A stretch of 55,966 nt of DNA from Candidatus Moranbacteria bacterium UBA2206 (GCA_002328565.1 DCUU01000019.1:1-55966); one strand, 5' to 3'. Positions 19,347-28,792 are shown, numbered from the stretch's first letter. Program-made: numbers and translations. Notes: generated by a model not told the origin, from the sequence alone.

Positions 19347-19748
19347 TTATTTTAGTAAATTCTTTATAACTCTGTGATGACTATAGCGATCTAAAAGATT
19401 TTCTTTTTCTATTTCTTTATTATTTTTTAAGGGTTTAATTTTCAAGCATTTAGCCAGCCAGCTATTATAATCTTCATCTTCGGAATGTAGCCATCTTTCT
19501 GTTTTGGTTATTGTCTGAAAACTAACTTTTAATTTATTTTTTATAGTTTCATAGCCCTCTCCTTCTATGAGTAATTGCGCGATTTGAATTCTTCTGGCAA
19601 CCATTAAATTCTCACTTGGAGTAAGTAAACCTACAAAAAAATCTACAACTTCTTTTTTTGATTTAAGGTTAGCAATGATATCAAAAAAATTACCAATTAT
19701 TTTATGCCTTTCCTTTGCGTTTATTTCATGAGATTTTACTTTTGCCAT
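19347..19748 (-). CDS. TrpR-like YerC/YecD family DNA-binding protein
   Basis: LLTPSE...ARRIQIAQLL..G..YETI...LKVSFQTITK. Confidence 0.85.
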   Translation of the reverse strand: MAKVKSHEINAKERHKIIGNFFDIIANLKSKKEVVDFFVGLLTPSENLMVARRIQIAQLLIEGEGYETIKNKLKVSFQTITKTERWLHSEDEDYNSWLAKCLKIKPLKNNKEIEKENLLDRYSHHRVIKNLLK

Positions 19749-19775
19749 ATTCTTTAAAAAGTTATTAATTATAAT

Positions 19776-19810
19776 ATTTCCATTCAACCATATAAGGTAG
19801 TGTTAGTCAA
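19776..19810 (-). promoter_or_regulatory. Putative promoter with ACTACC-N14-GGTAGT-type dyad upstream of the YerC-like gene
   Basis: TTGACT -35 directly adjacent to the dyad; inverted copy at 19316-19344. Confidence 0.5.
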
Positions 19811-19855
19811 TTTAGGTTTTTTTATCATCATCATTATTGTTATAAAGATGTAATT

Positions 19856-20398
19856 TTATTTTAGCGGGCAAGAATCAAGAATGGAATAGCGATTTTCCTT
19901 GGAGCTAAATTGGCTTGTCATAATGTCAACACTACTAGCATCAACAGTCAGAGGAAATTTTTCCAAAATTTCAGGTTTGTTTTCTAATGTTTCCCACTTG
20001 TGTTTTCTTATGCGCCCCAATGTGATATGTGGACGAAAAGATTTTTTAGGTGAAGTGGAAATTCCTAATTCTTTTTCAATGGCATTAACTAAATTTTTTA
20101 ATTCTTCGTTTGACTCTCCTGTGAGGGCAATTACTTTAGGTTTGTCAGCAGAGGGAAAGAGCTCAATTTGATCAAGTCTAATGTCAAAAATATCCACATC
20201 CCCGCAAGCTTTTTTGACTTTTTCGCAAATTTCTAGGACAACTTCTTCATCGGTAAAGCCCAAATAGACCAAAGTGATGTGCAAATCAGCTTCTTTCTCC
20301 CATTTCACAGGCAGTTCTTGCCACTTTTGGGTCGTCAAAAACAGTCTTTTCTTGATTTTTGAGGGGATATTAATACTGATAAATATCTTATTTTTCAT
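19856..20398 (-). CDS. thpR: RNA 2',3'-cyclic phosphodiesterase (2H family)
   Basis: Two HITL motifs (LHITLVYLG, PHITLGR). Confidence 0.9.
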   Translation of the reverse strand: MKNKIFISINIPSKIKKRLFLTTQKWQELPVKWEKEADLHITLVYLGFTDEEVVLEICEKVKKACGDVDIFDIRLDQIELFPSADKPKVIALTGESNEELKNLVNAIEKELGISTSPKKSFRPHITLGRIRKHKWETLENKPEILEKFPLTVDASSVDIMTSQFSSKENRYSILDSCPLK

Positions 20399-20453
20399 AT
20401 ATAAAGTGTAGCTTCTTTTAGAAGTTTTAGCAATAAAGTGATACAATTAAGTT

Positions 20454-22502
20454 ATGATGAATAAAAAGCAGAAGTTTATTATCGATATCGTTCCACTGAC
20501 CAAAATTCCCCTGACTAGCCATCAGTCTTTTTCATATTTGTCAGATGCCAAAATTTCAACTGGAACATTGGTCTCTATTCCTCTCTTTCATCGAAGCGTG
20601 GAAGGAATTGTTTTAGGGACGAGGCAGGATTTTGAAAGATTAGGGAATATTGAACTCAAAAAAATTGAGAAAATAATTGCCGAAAATTTTCTCTCTGATA
20701 GTCAAATCGAATTGGCAAAATTTATTTCTGATTATTATGTTTCTCCCTTGGGGGTGGTGATGAAAAATTTTGTACCCAAGCGCGCTAAGGCGCGAAACAT
20801 GAAACATGAAACATGCAACATGAAACAAAAAGAAATAATTTTAACATTTGAACAGAAAAATGCGATTGCGAAAATTTCACTACAAACTAAAAGCTACAAA
20901 CTAGAAGCTAACAGCTATCTTCTTTTCGGTCCGGCTGGATCGGGGAAAACTGAGGTTTATATAAATTCAATTTTAGAGTTAAGAAAAATGAACAGAAATT
21001 TTCAATTTCTAATTATTATCCCAGAAAAAACTTTGACTCCACAGGCTATGGAAAGATATGGTGTATATTTTGAATCGGAAGAAATCGTTGTTCTTTCAAG
21101 TAATATTTCCAAAGGCCAATTTTATTCCAATTGGAAAAAAATTCAATCTGGCGAGGCAAAAATTATTCTTGGCACTCGAATGGCAGTTTTTGCACCTTTC
21201 AAAAAACTAGGGCTAATCGTAATTGATGAAGAGCAGGATATGTCTTTTAAGCAGTGGGATATGAATCCGCGTTATGACGCTCGAACGGTAGCAGAAAAAT
21301 TAACTGAGATTCATGAGTGTAAAATCGTTCGCGGTTCAGCTACACCATCGATAGAGTCATACTGGCGGGCTATAAAAAAAGATCTGCAACTTTTGGTGTT
21401 GCCGAGATTACACTTAGAAGTAGAAGGTATAAAGTATAAAGTAGAAGGCGAAGAAAAAAAACCGCTTACTACTAACTACCTACTACCTACTACATCTATT
21501 GTCGATATGAAAAAAGAACGCTGGACCCGAAACTATACTTGCATATCAAGAAAACTAAAAGGTGAAATTGAATATGCGCTAAAAAATAAACAGCAATCAA
21601 TTTTGTTCATCAATCGCCAAGGAATGAGCAGTTTTTCAATTTGTGAAGCGTGTAAGGCAGTGCTCAAGTGTCCTAATTGTGAGCGGGCGCTAGTATATGA
21701 AAAAGGCGGATTCTACAAATGTAATCATTGTAATTATAAGACGAGTATTTTTCCAAAATGTGAAAAATGTGGCGGGATAAGTTTCAAAAATGTAGGATTA
21801 GGAACGCAAAAAGTGGAAAAAGAAATTTTGAGTTTGTTTCCTTCGGCCAAAATAATTGTGGCTGACACAGCCTCTTCAAAAGAACTAAATTTTCATGAAA
21901 AAATTTATGGCGCTTTTTCCAAAGGTGAGGCGGATATTCTCATTGGAACGCAGATGATTTCCAAGGGTTGGGATTTGCCTCGTGTGTCATTGGTTGGTAT
22001 AATAGATGCAGATAATCTTTTGTCATTTCCTGATTTTTCGGCTGAAGAAAAGGCCTTTCAAATAATTTCTCAGCTTGCTGGCAGAGTGAATCGCCCTGGC
22101 GCGCTTTTTCCTGGAGCGGTAGTTATCCAAACATATCAACCGGAAAACAAAATTATCCAATTAGCCGGAGAAAATAATTTTCAAAGTTTTTTTCAAAAGA
22201 TAATCGAAGAAAGAAAAGCTTTGAATTTTCCGCCTTATGGGAAAATTGTGAAATTAGTTTTTCAGGATTATGATTTTGAAAAAGTGGAAAAAGAAAGTTT
22301 GGCAGTTTTTGAGATATTAGAATTGATAAGTGGAATTAAAATATCCGAACCACACATTCCCCTGCTCTCAAAAATCAGAGGGCGCTGGCGAAAGCAAATA
22401 ATCATTAAATTTAAAAATAAAATTCCAATTGAATTAGAAAAAGAAATTAGAAAGCTCAACTCGGGTTGGATAATCGATCGAGATCCAATATCTATCATTT
22501 GA
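20454..22502 (+). CDS. priA: Primosomal protein N'
   Basis: GPAGSGKTEVY, IDEEQD, GSATPS, four CxxC, GTQMISKGWD. Confidence 0.97.
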   Translation: MMNKKQKFIIDIVPLTKIPLTSHQSFSYLSDAKISTGTLVSIPLFHRSVEGIVLGTRQDFERLGNIELKKIEKIIAENFLSDSQIELAKFISDYYVSPLGVVMKNFVPKRAKARNMKHETCNMKQKEIILTFEQKNAIAKISLQTKSYKLEANSYLLFGPAGSGKTEVYINSILELRKMNRNFQFLIIIPEKTLTPQAMERYGVYFESEEIVVLSSNISKGQFYSNWKKIQSGEAKIILGTRMAVFAPFKKLGLIVIDEEQDMSFKQWDMNPRYDARTVAEKLTEIHECKIVRGSATPSIESYWRAIKKDLQLLVLPRLHLEVEGIKYKVEGEEKKPLTTNYLLPTTSIVDMKKERWTRNYTCISRKLKGEIEYALKNKQQSILFINRQGMSSFSICEACKAVLKCPNCERALVYEKGGFYKCNHCNYKTSIFPKCEKCGGISFKNVGLGTQKVEKEILSLFPSAKIIVADTASSKELNFHEKIYGAFSKGEADILIGTQMISKGWDLPRVSLVGIIDADNLLSFPDFSAEEKAFQIISQLAGRVNRPGALFPGAVVIQTYQPENKIIQLAGENNFQSFFQKIIEERKALNFPPYGKIVKLVFQDYDFEKVEKESLAVFEILELISGIKISEPHIPLLSKIRGRWRKQIIIKFKNKIPIELEKEIRKLNSGWIIDRDPISII

Positions 22503-22578
22503 ACATGTTAACATAGTAACATTTTAACAAAAATGCGGATTATTTTTTGTTAATATGTTAAAAAGCTAAAATGATTTT

Positions 22579-23019
22579 ATGATTTTACCTATAATAACCT
22601 ACCCCAATGAAATTCTTCGTCAGAAAGCGAAGAAGATAAAAGAACCAAAAAGTCGAGAAATAAAGGACTTGATTTTGGATATGCTTGAAACTATGGAAGA
22701 TAGTGGTAATGCGTTGGGACTAGCTGCTCCGCAGGTGGGACAATCAGTGCAACTTTGTATTATAAAATTAGATGGAAAAACACATATTCTAATCAACCCA
22801 AAAATTACTCGAAAATCCTGGGGGAAAGAAGTTTGTGAAGAGGGCTGTCTATCTTTCCCAGGAAAATTTATCCCAGTCAAGAGACACAAGAAAGTCACCG
22901 TGAAGGCCCTGGACAGAAAAGGAGAAAAAATTGAAATCAAAGCCGAGGGACTTCTCTCGCGAGCCTTACAACACGAAATCGATCATTTAAATGGAGCGCT
23001 TTTTATAGACAAGAAGTAG
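22579..23019 (+). CDS. def: Peptide deformylase
   Basis: GLAAPQVG, EGCLS, QHEIDHLNG. Confidence 0.97.
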   Translation: MILPIITYPNEILRQKAKKIKEPKSREIKDLILDMLETMEDSGNALGLAAPQVGQSVQLCIIKLDGKTHILINPKITRKSWGKEVCEEGCLSFPGKFIPVKRHKKVTVKALDRKGEKIEIKAEGLLSRALQHEIDHLNGALFIDKK

Positions 23020-23023
23020 TCTT

Positions 23024-23129
23024 TACTAATTACGAATTGAATACGAATATACTAATTCGTATTGGCATAATTTTATCGATAATTAAGGTTAGTTTAATTC
23101 GTATATTAGTAATAGATTAGTAATTCGTA
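23024..23129. repeat. Inverted TACGAAT/TACTAAT short-repeat tracts
   Basis: tactaattacgaattgaatacgaat ... attcgtatattagtaatagattagtaattcgta; similar tracts near 17500, 29755, 31198, 40743. Confidence 0.7.
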
Positions 23130-23140
23130 AAGAAAGAGAT

Positions 23141-24100
23141 ATGGATAATATAATTAACCCCAAGATCATTTTCATGGGGACGCCGGATTTTGCGGCGAAT
23201 ATTTTGCGTGTGATGCTCGAGGAAAAATTTGATATTATTTCAGTTTATACTCAGGGCGACAAAAAAGTTGGAAGAAGTCAATCCTTAGAAAAATCGGCGG
23301 TCAAAAAAATTGCCAAAGATTATGGAATTGAAATTTTTGAACCGAAAAAATTTGATGAAGATGTTGTGCGCGAAATTGAAAATCAAAAACCAGATTTGAT
23401 TGTTGTTTCGGCGTATGGAAAAATTTTACCAAAGGATGTTTTAAATATTCCTAAATATGGCGTGATCAACACTCATCCGTCGAGCTTACCAAAATATCGC
23501 GGAGCCTCACCAATTCAAAACGCCATTTTGAGTGGCGAAAAGAAAACAGCAGCAACTATTATGAATCTTACAGAAAAAGTTGATGCGGGTGATATTTTGA
23601 AACAAGAGGAAGTTGAAATTGGAGATTACGAAAATTATCCGGAACTCTCTCAAAGACTTTCAGAAATTTCCGCGAGGATTCTTGTGGAAACAATTCCCCT
23701 TTTGACGGCAGGAAAGATAGAACCAAAAAAGCAAAATGAAAATGAGGCTACTTTTTGTCAGTTGATCAAAAAAGAAGACGGAAAAATTAATTGGGAAGAA
23801 AAGGCGAAAGATATCTATAATCGTTTCAGAGCATTCTGTGTTTGGCCTGGAATATTTACCTATTTCGAAAAGGATAATCGAAGTCTACGGTTAAAATTAA
23901 ATAAGGTTAGTTTAGATGAAAATTCGAAAGAAAATAATTTTGAAAATGGAAAAGTTTTCGAAGAAAATGATGTGGTAAAAGTCAAAACTGGCAATGGCAA
24001 CATAATTTTAGAAGAAGTTCAGTTGGAAGGAAAAAACAAAATGAAAGCAACGGATTTTGTTCGCGGATATGCAAACTTTCTCGGAAGCGTGTTAAAATAA
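23141..24100 (+). CDS. fmt: Methionyl-tRNA formyltransferase
   Basis: FMGTPDFA, NTHPSSLPKYRGASPI, DAGDI. Confidence 0.97.
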   Translation: MDNIINPKIIFMGTPDFAANILRVMLEEKFDIISVYTQGDKKVGRSQSLEKSAVKKIAKDYGIEIFEPKKFDEDVVREIENQKPDLIVVSAYGKILPKDVLNIPKYGVINTHPSSLPKYRGASPIQNAILSGEKKTAATIMNLTEKVDAGDILKQEEVEIGDYENYPELSQRLSEISARILVETIPLLTAGKIEPKKQNENEATFCQLIKKEDGKINWEEKAKDIYNRFRAFCVWPGIFTYFEKDNRSLRLKLNKVSLDENSKENNFENGKVFEENDVVKVKTGNGNIILEEVQLEGKNKMKATDFVRGYANFLGSVLK

Positions 24101-24108
24101 AATAAGAG

Positions 24109-24198
24109 TGTCATGCTGAACTTGTTTCAGCATCTAAAAAATTGCAAAAAAGATCCCGAAACCCGCCCGCCGGCGAGGCAGGCAAGTTCGGGATGACA
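24109..24198. repeat. Composite paired REP with nested GC-rich palindrome
   Basis: tgtcatgctgaacttgtttcagcatct...gatcccgaaacccgcccgccggcgaggcaggcaagttcgggatgaca. Confidence 0.85.
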
Positions 24199-24225
24199 TA
24201 CCCTATAATTTTTTTGAATTATATT

Positions 24226-25056
24226 ATGGATAATCAGCCAAAAAATAATTTATTGCCAATTACGATTGGTTTTTTCTTGATTGTTATAGTGACAGCTCTT
24301 TTCTTTGTGAAATCATCATGGATGAATAATAAAAAAGAAGCTACATTCGCGAAAAATCAAGCGCAGGAAAAGGCGGATGATTTGCAAAAATATTCGAGTA
24401 TAAAATCATCTGAGTTGCTAAAAAAAATAAGTAATGATGAAAAAATAGAAATCATTGACATTCGAGATGCTCAGAGTTTTGCACAAAATCACATTGTAGA
24501 TGCAAAAAATATGACACTTGACGAGTTGATTGCAAATTTCCCTTTTACTGAAAAAACTAAGAATTATTTTATAATTGATGATCTGGGCCTTACCTCTAAT
24601 GAAAAACAAGTTATGGATATTTTTCTCAAAAATAGTCTTAAGAATGTCTTTTATTTAGAAGGTGGGATGTATGCTTGGACGAATGAACTAAATCCGACAA
24701 TAGAAATTGGTAACCCTAATTCCTTTTCCAATCAAGCAAAAGTAAATTATATCAAAAACGACGAACTAAAAAATTTAATAGAGCAAGATGGTGATTCGCT
24801 ACATTTAGTTGATTTACGAAGCCCTTCTGAATTTGCCAGTGATCATTTGAAAAATGCAATCAATATTCCGCTGGAAAATTTGGAAATCCGACGCAAAGAA
24901 ATTCCAACCTACAAAAGAATTATCCTTTATGACAACACCGGGCTGCTCGCCTTTCAAGGCGCCGTCCGACTTTTCGATATGGGCATCCTAAACGTCAGCG
25001 CCCTAACTGATGGCCTTAATGTTTGGAAGCAAAAAGGGTTTGAGGTGGTGAAATAG
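24226..25056 (+). CDS. Membrane-anchored tandem rhodanese-like domain protein
   Basis: IIDIRD..F...HI, LEGGMYAW, VDLRSPSEF..DHL.NAINIP; start ATG 24226. Confidence 0.82.
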   Translation: MDNQPKNNLLPITIGFFLIVIVTALFFVKSSWMNNKKEATFAKNQAQEKADDLQKYSSIKSSELLKKISNDEKIEIIDIRDAQSFAQNHIVDAKNMTLDELIANFPFTEKTKNYFIIDDLGLTSNEKQVMDIFLKNSLKNVFYLEGGMYAWTNELNPTIEIGNPNSFSNQAKVNYIKNDELKNLIEQDGDSLHLVDLRSPSEFASDHLKNAINIPLENLEIRRKEIPTYKRIILYDNTGLLAFQGAVRLFDMGILNVSALTDGLNVWKQKGFEVVK

Positions 25057-25147
25057 CACACTCTTGATTTTTCAATTAGAATATGTTTAACTATTTTATC
25101 TGGCAATTATGCTCAGATAAAATAGAACTTTAAAAAGGAGGTGCTAA

Positions 25148-25639
25148 ATGGCTCAAAAAGAGTTTATATTTCTTTATCCAATTTCCCAGATATTTGATTT
25201 TGAAATAAAAAACCATGAATGGTCAAATGAGGAAGGTGCGGATGCTTTTAGAAAAAAATACGGCGATGTATTAAACAGATGCATCGACAAGAGGTATCGT
25301 CAAAAAAACTTTCAAATAAACTTTGCGGTTTTTAATGATTGTACCGTTTCTGGTGTTATTAGGCTCCAATCATCCGATCGAATCATCAAGGTTGGGCTTG
25401 ATTTTAAAACACATAGAGCTGAAAGGGTGTATCCGAACCAGGAATATATTTTAAGTCAGCTTGAGGGAGTGAAAATTATTAGAATTGCCGGTTTTCATAG
25501 ATGGGATTGCGTAGAAAAACTGGCAAAATGTGCTCATGAAAAAGGTTTAGATGTTTTAATTGACGAAGATTTAACAGAAACTCTTCCATATAGACTGGAA
25601 GATAAAAATTTTAACGAGGATAAATATCCCAACTATTGA
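25148..25639 (+). CDS. Hypothetical protein
   Basis: 163-aa ORF with AAGGAGGTG SD. Confidence 0.7.
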   Translation: MAQKEFIFLYPISQIFDFEIKNHEWSNEEGADAFRKKYGDVLNRCIDKRYRQKNFQINFAVFNDCTVSGVIRLQSSDRIIKVGLDFKTHRAERVYPNQEYILSQLEGVKIIRIAGFHRWDCVEKLAKCAHEKGLDVLIDEDLTETLPYRLEDKNFNEDKYPNY

Positions 25640-25647
25640 GGCAAGAA

Positions 25648-26163
25648 TTAATTTTCTTGCCTCTGTTTATTTCCTCTTATTTCTTCCGCCATTTTTTGCA
25701 ACTTTTTGAAGTTTGTTTTTGGGCCGTCGTGGGAAGAAATGTAGCCTTCATATTTTTTGAAATATTTGTCATTGTTGCTGTGCGATTGTTTCCACTCCCC
25801 TTTTTCCATATACCCTGTGCCATGCATCGGAAAAAGTTTTATATGTGCGTGATCAATTCCAGTGCCTTCCATAATAAGCCCGACTCGTCCAACATCTTCA
25901 AAATAATTCATCAAAAGCCTCGAAACTTTTTTGGCAACAAGAATAAATTCTTGCAATTTTTTGTCCGGCATTTTCAGCACATCACTCTCATAATGTTTTT
26001 TAGGAATGACAACAGAAAAACCTTCTGTGTTGGGAAAAGGAGAAAGCCAAGCCAGATAATTTGCATCTTCAAAAATCACCGCTTCGCCCAAAGGTTTGAT
26101 ATTACCCTTCCCAATTTCACAAAAAATACATGTTTTTTTGTTTTTTGATTTGTTGTTTGTCAT
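25648..26163 (-). CDS. HIT family hydrolase
   Basis: CIFCEI, VIPKKH, IDHAHIKLFPMH (variant histidine triad). Confidence 0.88.
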   Translation of the reverse strand: MTNNKSKNKKTCIFCEIGKGNIKPLGEAVIFEDANYLAWLSPFPNTEGFSVVIPKKHYESDVLKMPDKKLQEFILVAKKVSRLLMNYFEDVGRVGLIMEGTGIDHAHIKLFPMHGTGYMEKGEWKQSHSNNDKYFKKYEGYISSHDGPKTNFKKLQKMAEEIRGNKQRQEN

Positions 26164-26186
26164 AGTTCGTATAGTTATTAAATATT

Positions 26187-26471
26187 TTATAAATGTTCTT
26201 TTATTTTCAATCTAAAGCTTAAAAATAGTATTAGGATATTAGCGAAAAAAACTAAGCCGGAAACTATTCTAAAAAGCAGATCAGGAAGAATTAATAAGCT
26301 ATACAAAAAAGCGATTCCAGTTGAGCTTGTTCAAAGAATATATGACTGAATATTGGCACTGGGTTTTTTATGAATCAATAGATCTTTTATTGTTGGCCAA
26401 TAGGCAATAATATCTATAATAGCGGTAGTGCCATAACTGATAATGAGAATTTTGAATAAAATTTCTTGCAT
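26187..26471 (-). pseudogene. PQ-loop/SemiSWEET-like small membrane protein interrupted by in-frame TGA
   Basis: Manual translation MQEILFKILIISYGTTAIIDIIAYWPTIKDLLIHKKPSANIQSYIL*TSSTGIAFLYSLLILPDLLFRIVSGLVFFANILILFLSFRLKIKEHL; TGA at 26331-26333. Confidence 0.65.
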
Positions 26472-26479
26472 TTATTTTC

Positions 26480-26806
26480 TTATTTTGACTTACTCCAAAC
26501 TCTTTTTTTATTCACTTCCTCTTTTTCGCGAAAGGCTTTTTCTAAATCAATGTTATAACTATTAGCAATTGAACAAATGTAGATAAAAATATCAGCGAGC
26601 TCCTCTTCGATTGTGCCAAATTTTGAATTATGATCAATTGTCATTTTTTCTGCTTTGCGGATAGCTTGAAACAACTCACCCATTTCTTCGCCAAGCAATA
26701 GGCATTTTTGCAAAACTATTTTATCAGCAAATCCACGCTCTACTTCAAGTTTATGTACATACTTTTGAAAATCACTTAATGTTGGTTTTTTATTCAGAGT
26801 AGGCAT
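26480..26806 (-). CDS. MazG-like nucleotide pyrophosphohydrolase
   Basis: LGEEMGEL, EEELADIFIY, EKEEVNKKR. Confidence 0.9.
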   Translation of the reverse strand: MPTLNKKPTLSDFQKYVHKLEVERGFADKIVLQKCLLLGEEMGELFQAIRKAEKMTIDHNSKFGTIEEELADIFIYICSIANSYNIDLEKAFREKEEVNKKRVWSKSK

Positions 26807-26851
26807 AATTTTATTAGTTAAATAACTTATTTTTTATTGAATAATTATTTT

Positions 26852-27328
26852 TTATTTCATCCGTTGCCTTTCATTAAAAGTTTTACTAGGAAAATATACT
26901 AAAACATCAACGCCTTTGAGCTCTATCATTTCAAAACTTTTTCTAATCATTAATGAAAAATTGGAATTTTTTCCACTAAGAAAGTACTTCTCTTTGAATG
27001 ATGAGTAATCTATGATTTGAAAGTCAGGAGCGCCTCGTTGTGGCCTTGTGGGATCTGGTTTTCTGATTTTAAGAACATTTAATAATCCAGCCGATGTTGA
27101 TATTGGTTTATTAAGCAAAAATGTCGAGCCTGATTGTGTGGCTGTTTTATCCCCCAGCTTGCCAAGTGTGCTAACTAAGGATTCTAAATCTTTAAACTCT
27201 TCATCGTTCTTAGTAAAAATACCCAAGTAATCAATTGGTAAATATTTTTCTTCCGTATTTTTATGGGTTGCTTTTATGCCTTGATCAACAATATAGTTTA
27301 CAATATTTTCTAAATCAGCAATATTCAT
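26852..27328 (-). CDS. Hypothetical protein
   Basis: Co-oriented in cluster; KIRKPDPTRPQRGAPDF segment; start ATG 27328. Confidence 0.7.
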   Translation of the reverse strand: MNIADLENIVNYIVDQGIKATHKNTEEKYLPIDYLGIFTKNDEEFKDLESLVSTLGKLGDKTATQSGSTFLLNKPISTSAGLLNVLKIRKPDPTRPQRGAPDFQIIDYSSFKEKYFLSGKNSNFSLMIRKSFEMIELKGVDVLVYFPSKTFNERQRMK

Positions 27329-27363
27329 ATTTTTTAGTTTATATGCGAACTTATTATTTGATA

Positions 27364-27792
27364 TTATACTAAAATATTTTTGCAAACGCGAATCAGTTTT
27401 TTGATTGATGGTGAAGCATTTTTTATTTTAGATATCTCTTCTAATGAAAAAAATGCAACTTTTTGTCCTTCATTCAGTATTGTTTTTGACAAATCGGCGG
27501 TGTTAGTTTTTCCAATAAAATAATGCCCAATAACCTCGTGTGTTTTCCCTTGAATATTGTGTGTTACTTCCATTGAATGAATTTTTTTTATATCAAACAC
27601 ATCAATATTTATTTCCTCTGCGAGCTCACGCTTAATTGTGTCCAATAGGGTTTCCCCTGGTTCAATAGCACCACCAAATAATCCCCACATATTCGGATTT
27701 GGAATCCACGGTTTATCATCTCTTAGAACAAAAAGAAATTTATCTAATTTATCATTTTTGATAAATATTTTGGCGGCGTCTTTTATTTCCAT
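27364..27792 (-). CDS. NUDIX hydrolase
   Basis: GGAIEPGETLLDTIKRELAEEI Nudix box. Confidence 0.9.
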   Translation of the reverse strand: MEIKDAAKIFIKNDKLDKFLFVLRDDKPWIPNPNMWGLFGGAIEPGETLLDTIKRELAEEINIDVFDIKKIHSMEVTHNIQGKTHEVIGHYFIGKTNTADLSKTILNEGQKVAFFSLEEISKIKNASPSIKKLIRVCKNILV

Positions 27793-27815
27793 AAAAAATT
27801 ATAGAGAGAACTTTT

Positions 27816-28532
27816 TTATTTCTTCGTCTCGCAAGGCGGACAATTTTTTGGTTCGTTGTGGGTGTAGGAATATAGGAAAAGGGCTTGTGAAGCGAAAACC
27901 TTGAGGATTTCAATGTTTTTGGGATTGTTTTCTTCTTTTTCATCGAATCCGCATATAATCAGATAGCTTTTGATGCCATTTATTTTTTGGCTAGAAGAAA
28001 TAATTAGGCAGTCATCATTTTTTTTGAAATTTATGCCTTCTTCCATCTCGGCCAAAATATCATTCTTAACCATTCCTCCGCTATTTTCAGAACGGAATTC
28101 TTTTTTTGTTTTCAAGTCATTTATATTAACAAAACGGAGAGAAACAGAATCAGCTTTCAGAAGGAAACTAGTGGCGCTTACGATTGATTGATAAGTTTCT
28201 TTTTCATGAGTTTTGCTAAGTGCTGAACGATCGGAAAGTCCAAGTGCAGTATTCATCAAAAGATCCATTTTTCGATTTACTTCACCGATGTAGCTGTATG
28301 ACTCAACCAAATCTTTGACTGTTTGTTCAATTTTTTTCTTGTCCTTTTCTTTTTCTTTTTTGTGAAAAATCAACTGCCTTTCATTTTTTATGAAAATTGC
28401 AAAAGCCACTGCGCCCATAAAAAAAATCAATATTTCTTCCAATCTTGTTTCCGAGATTATATAGAAGTTTGTGCGGATAATATCAGGCACAAGCACCACT
28501 GTTATGAAGATGATAAGAAAAATCCAATACAT
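27816..28532 (-). CDS. Hypothetical membrane protein (2 TM + coiled coil + GAF-like region)
   Basis: 238-aa ORF; SYSYIGEVNRK segment. Confidence 0.7.
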   Translation of the reverse strand: MYWIFLIIFITVVLVPDIIRTNFYIISETRLEEILIFFMGAVAFAIFIKNERQLIFHKKEKEKDKKKIEQTVKDLVESYSYIGEVNRKMDLLMNTALGLSDRSALSKTHEKETYQSIVSATSFLLKADSVSLRFVNINDLKTKKEFRSENSGGMVKNDILAEMEEGINFKKNDDCLIISSSQKINGIKSYLIICGFDEKEENNPKNIEILKVFASQALFLYSYTHNEPKNCPPCETKK

Positions 28533-28535
28533 AAA

Positions 28536-28739
28536 TTATTTTGGTTGAGTTCTGTTGGTAACTTTTCTTTCGGAAAAAATAAAAATATATAAAATTTCCA
28601 AAATTGCCAAGGTGTTCACAAGAAGAAGGATGACAAACCAAGAACTATCCCCTCTGCGAGCTGATTTCCAAAGGGCAAAACCTTTCCAGGGCAATGTCCA
28701 AATAACTGCAATGATTATAATTAAAATTTCTGTTTTCAT
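28536..28739 (-). CDS. DUF5652 family small membrane protein
   Basis: WTLPWKGFALWKSARR...WF...VNTLAILEILYIF. Confidence 0.85.
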   Translation of the reverse strand: MKTEILIIIIAVIWTLPWKGFALWKSARRGDSSWFVILLLVNTLAILEILYIFIFSERKVTNRTQPK

Positions 28740-28792
28740 ATGTTTATGACTTTTAGTATTAAGTTAATTTTAATATACCACAAACAAGAAAA

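Noticed and set aside
25636-26148. 170-aa + strand ORF
   Set aside because: Antisense shadow of the HIT gene.
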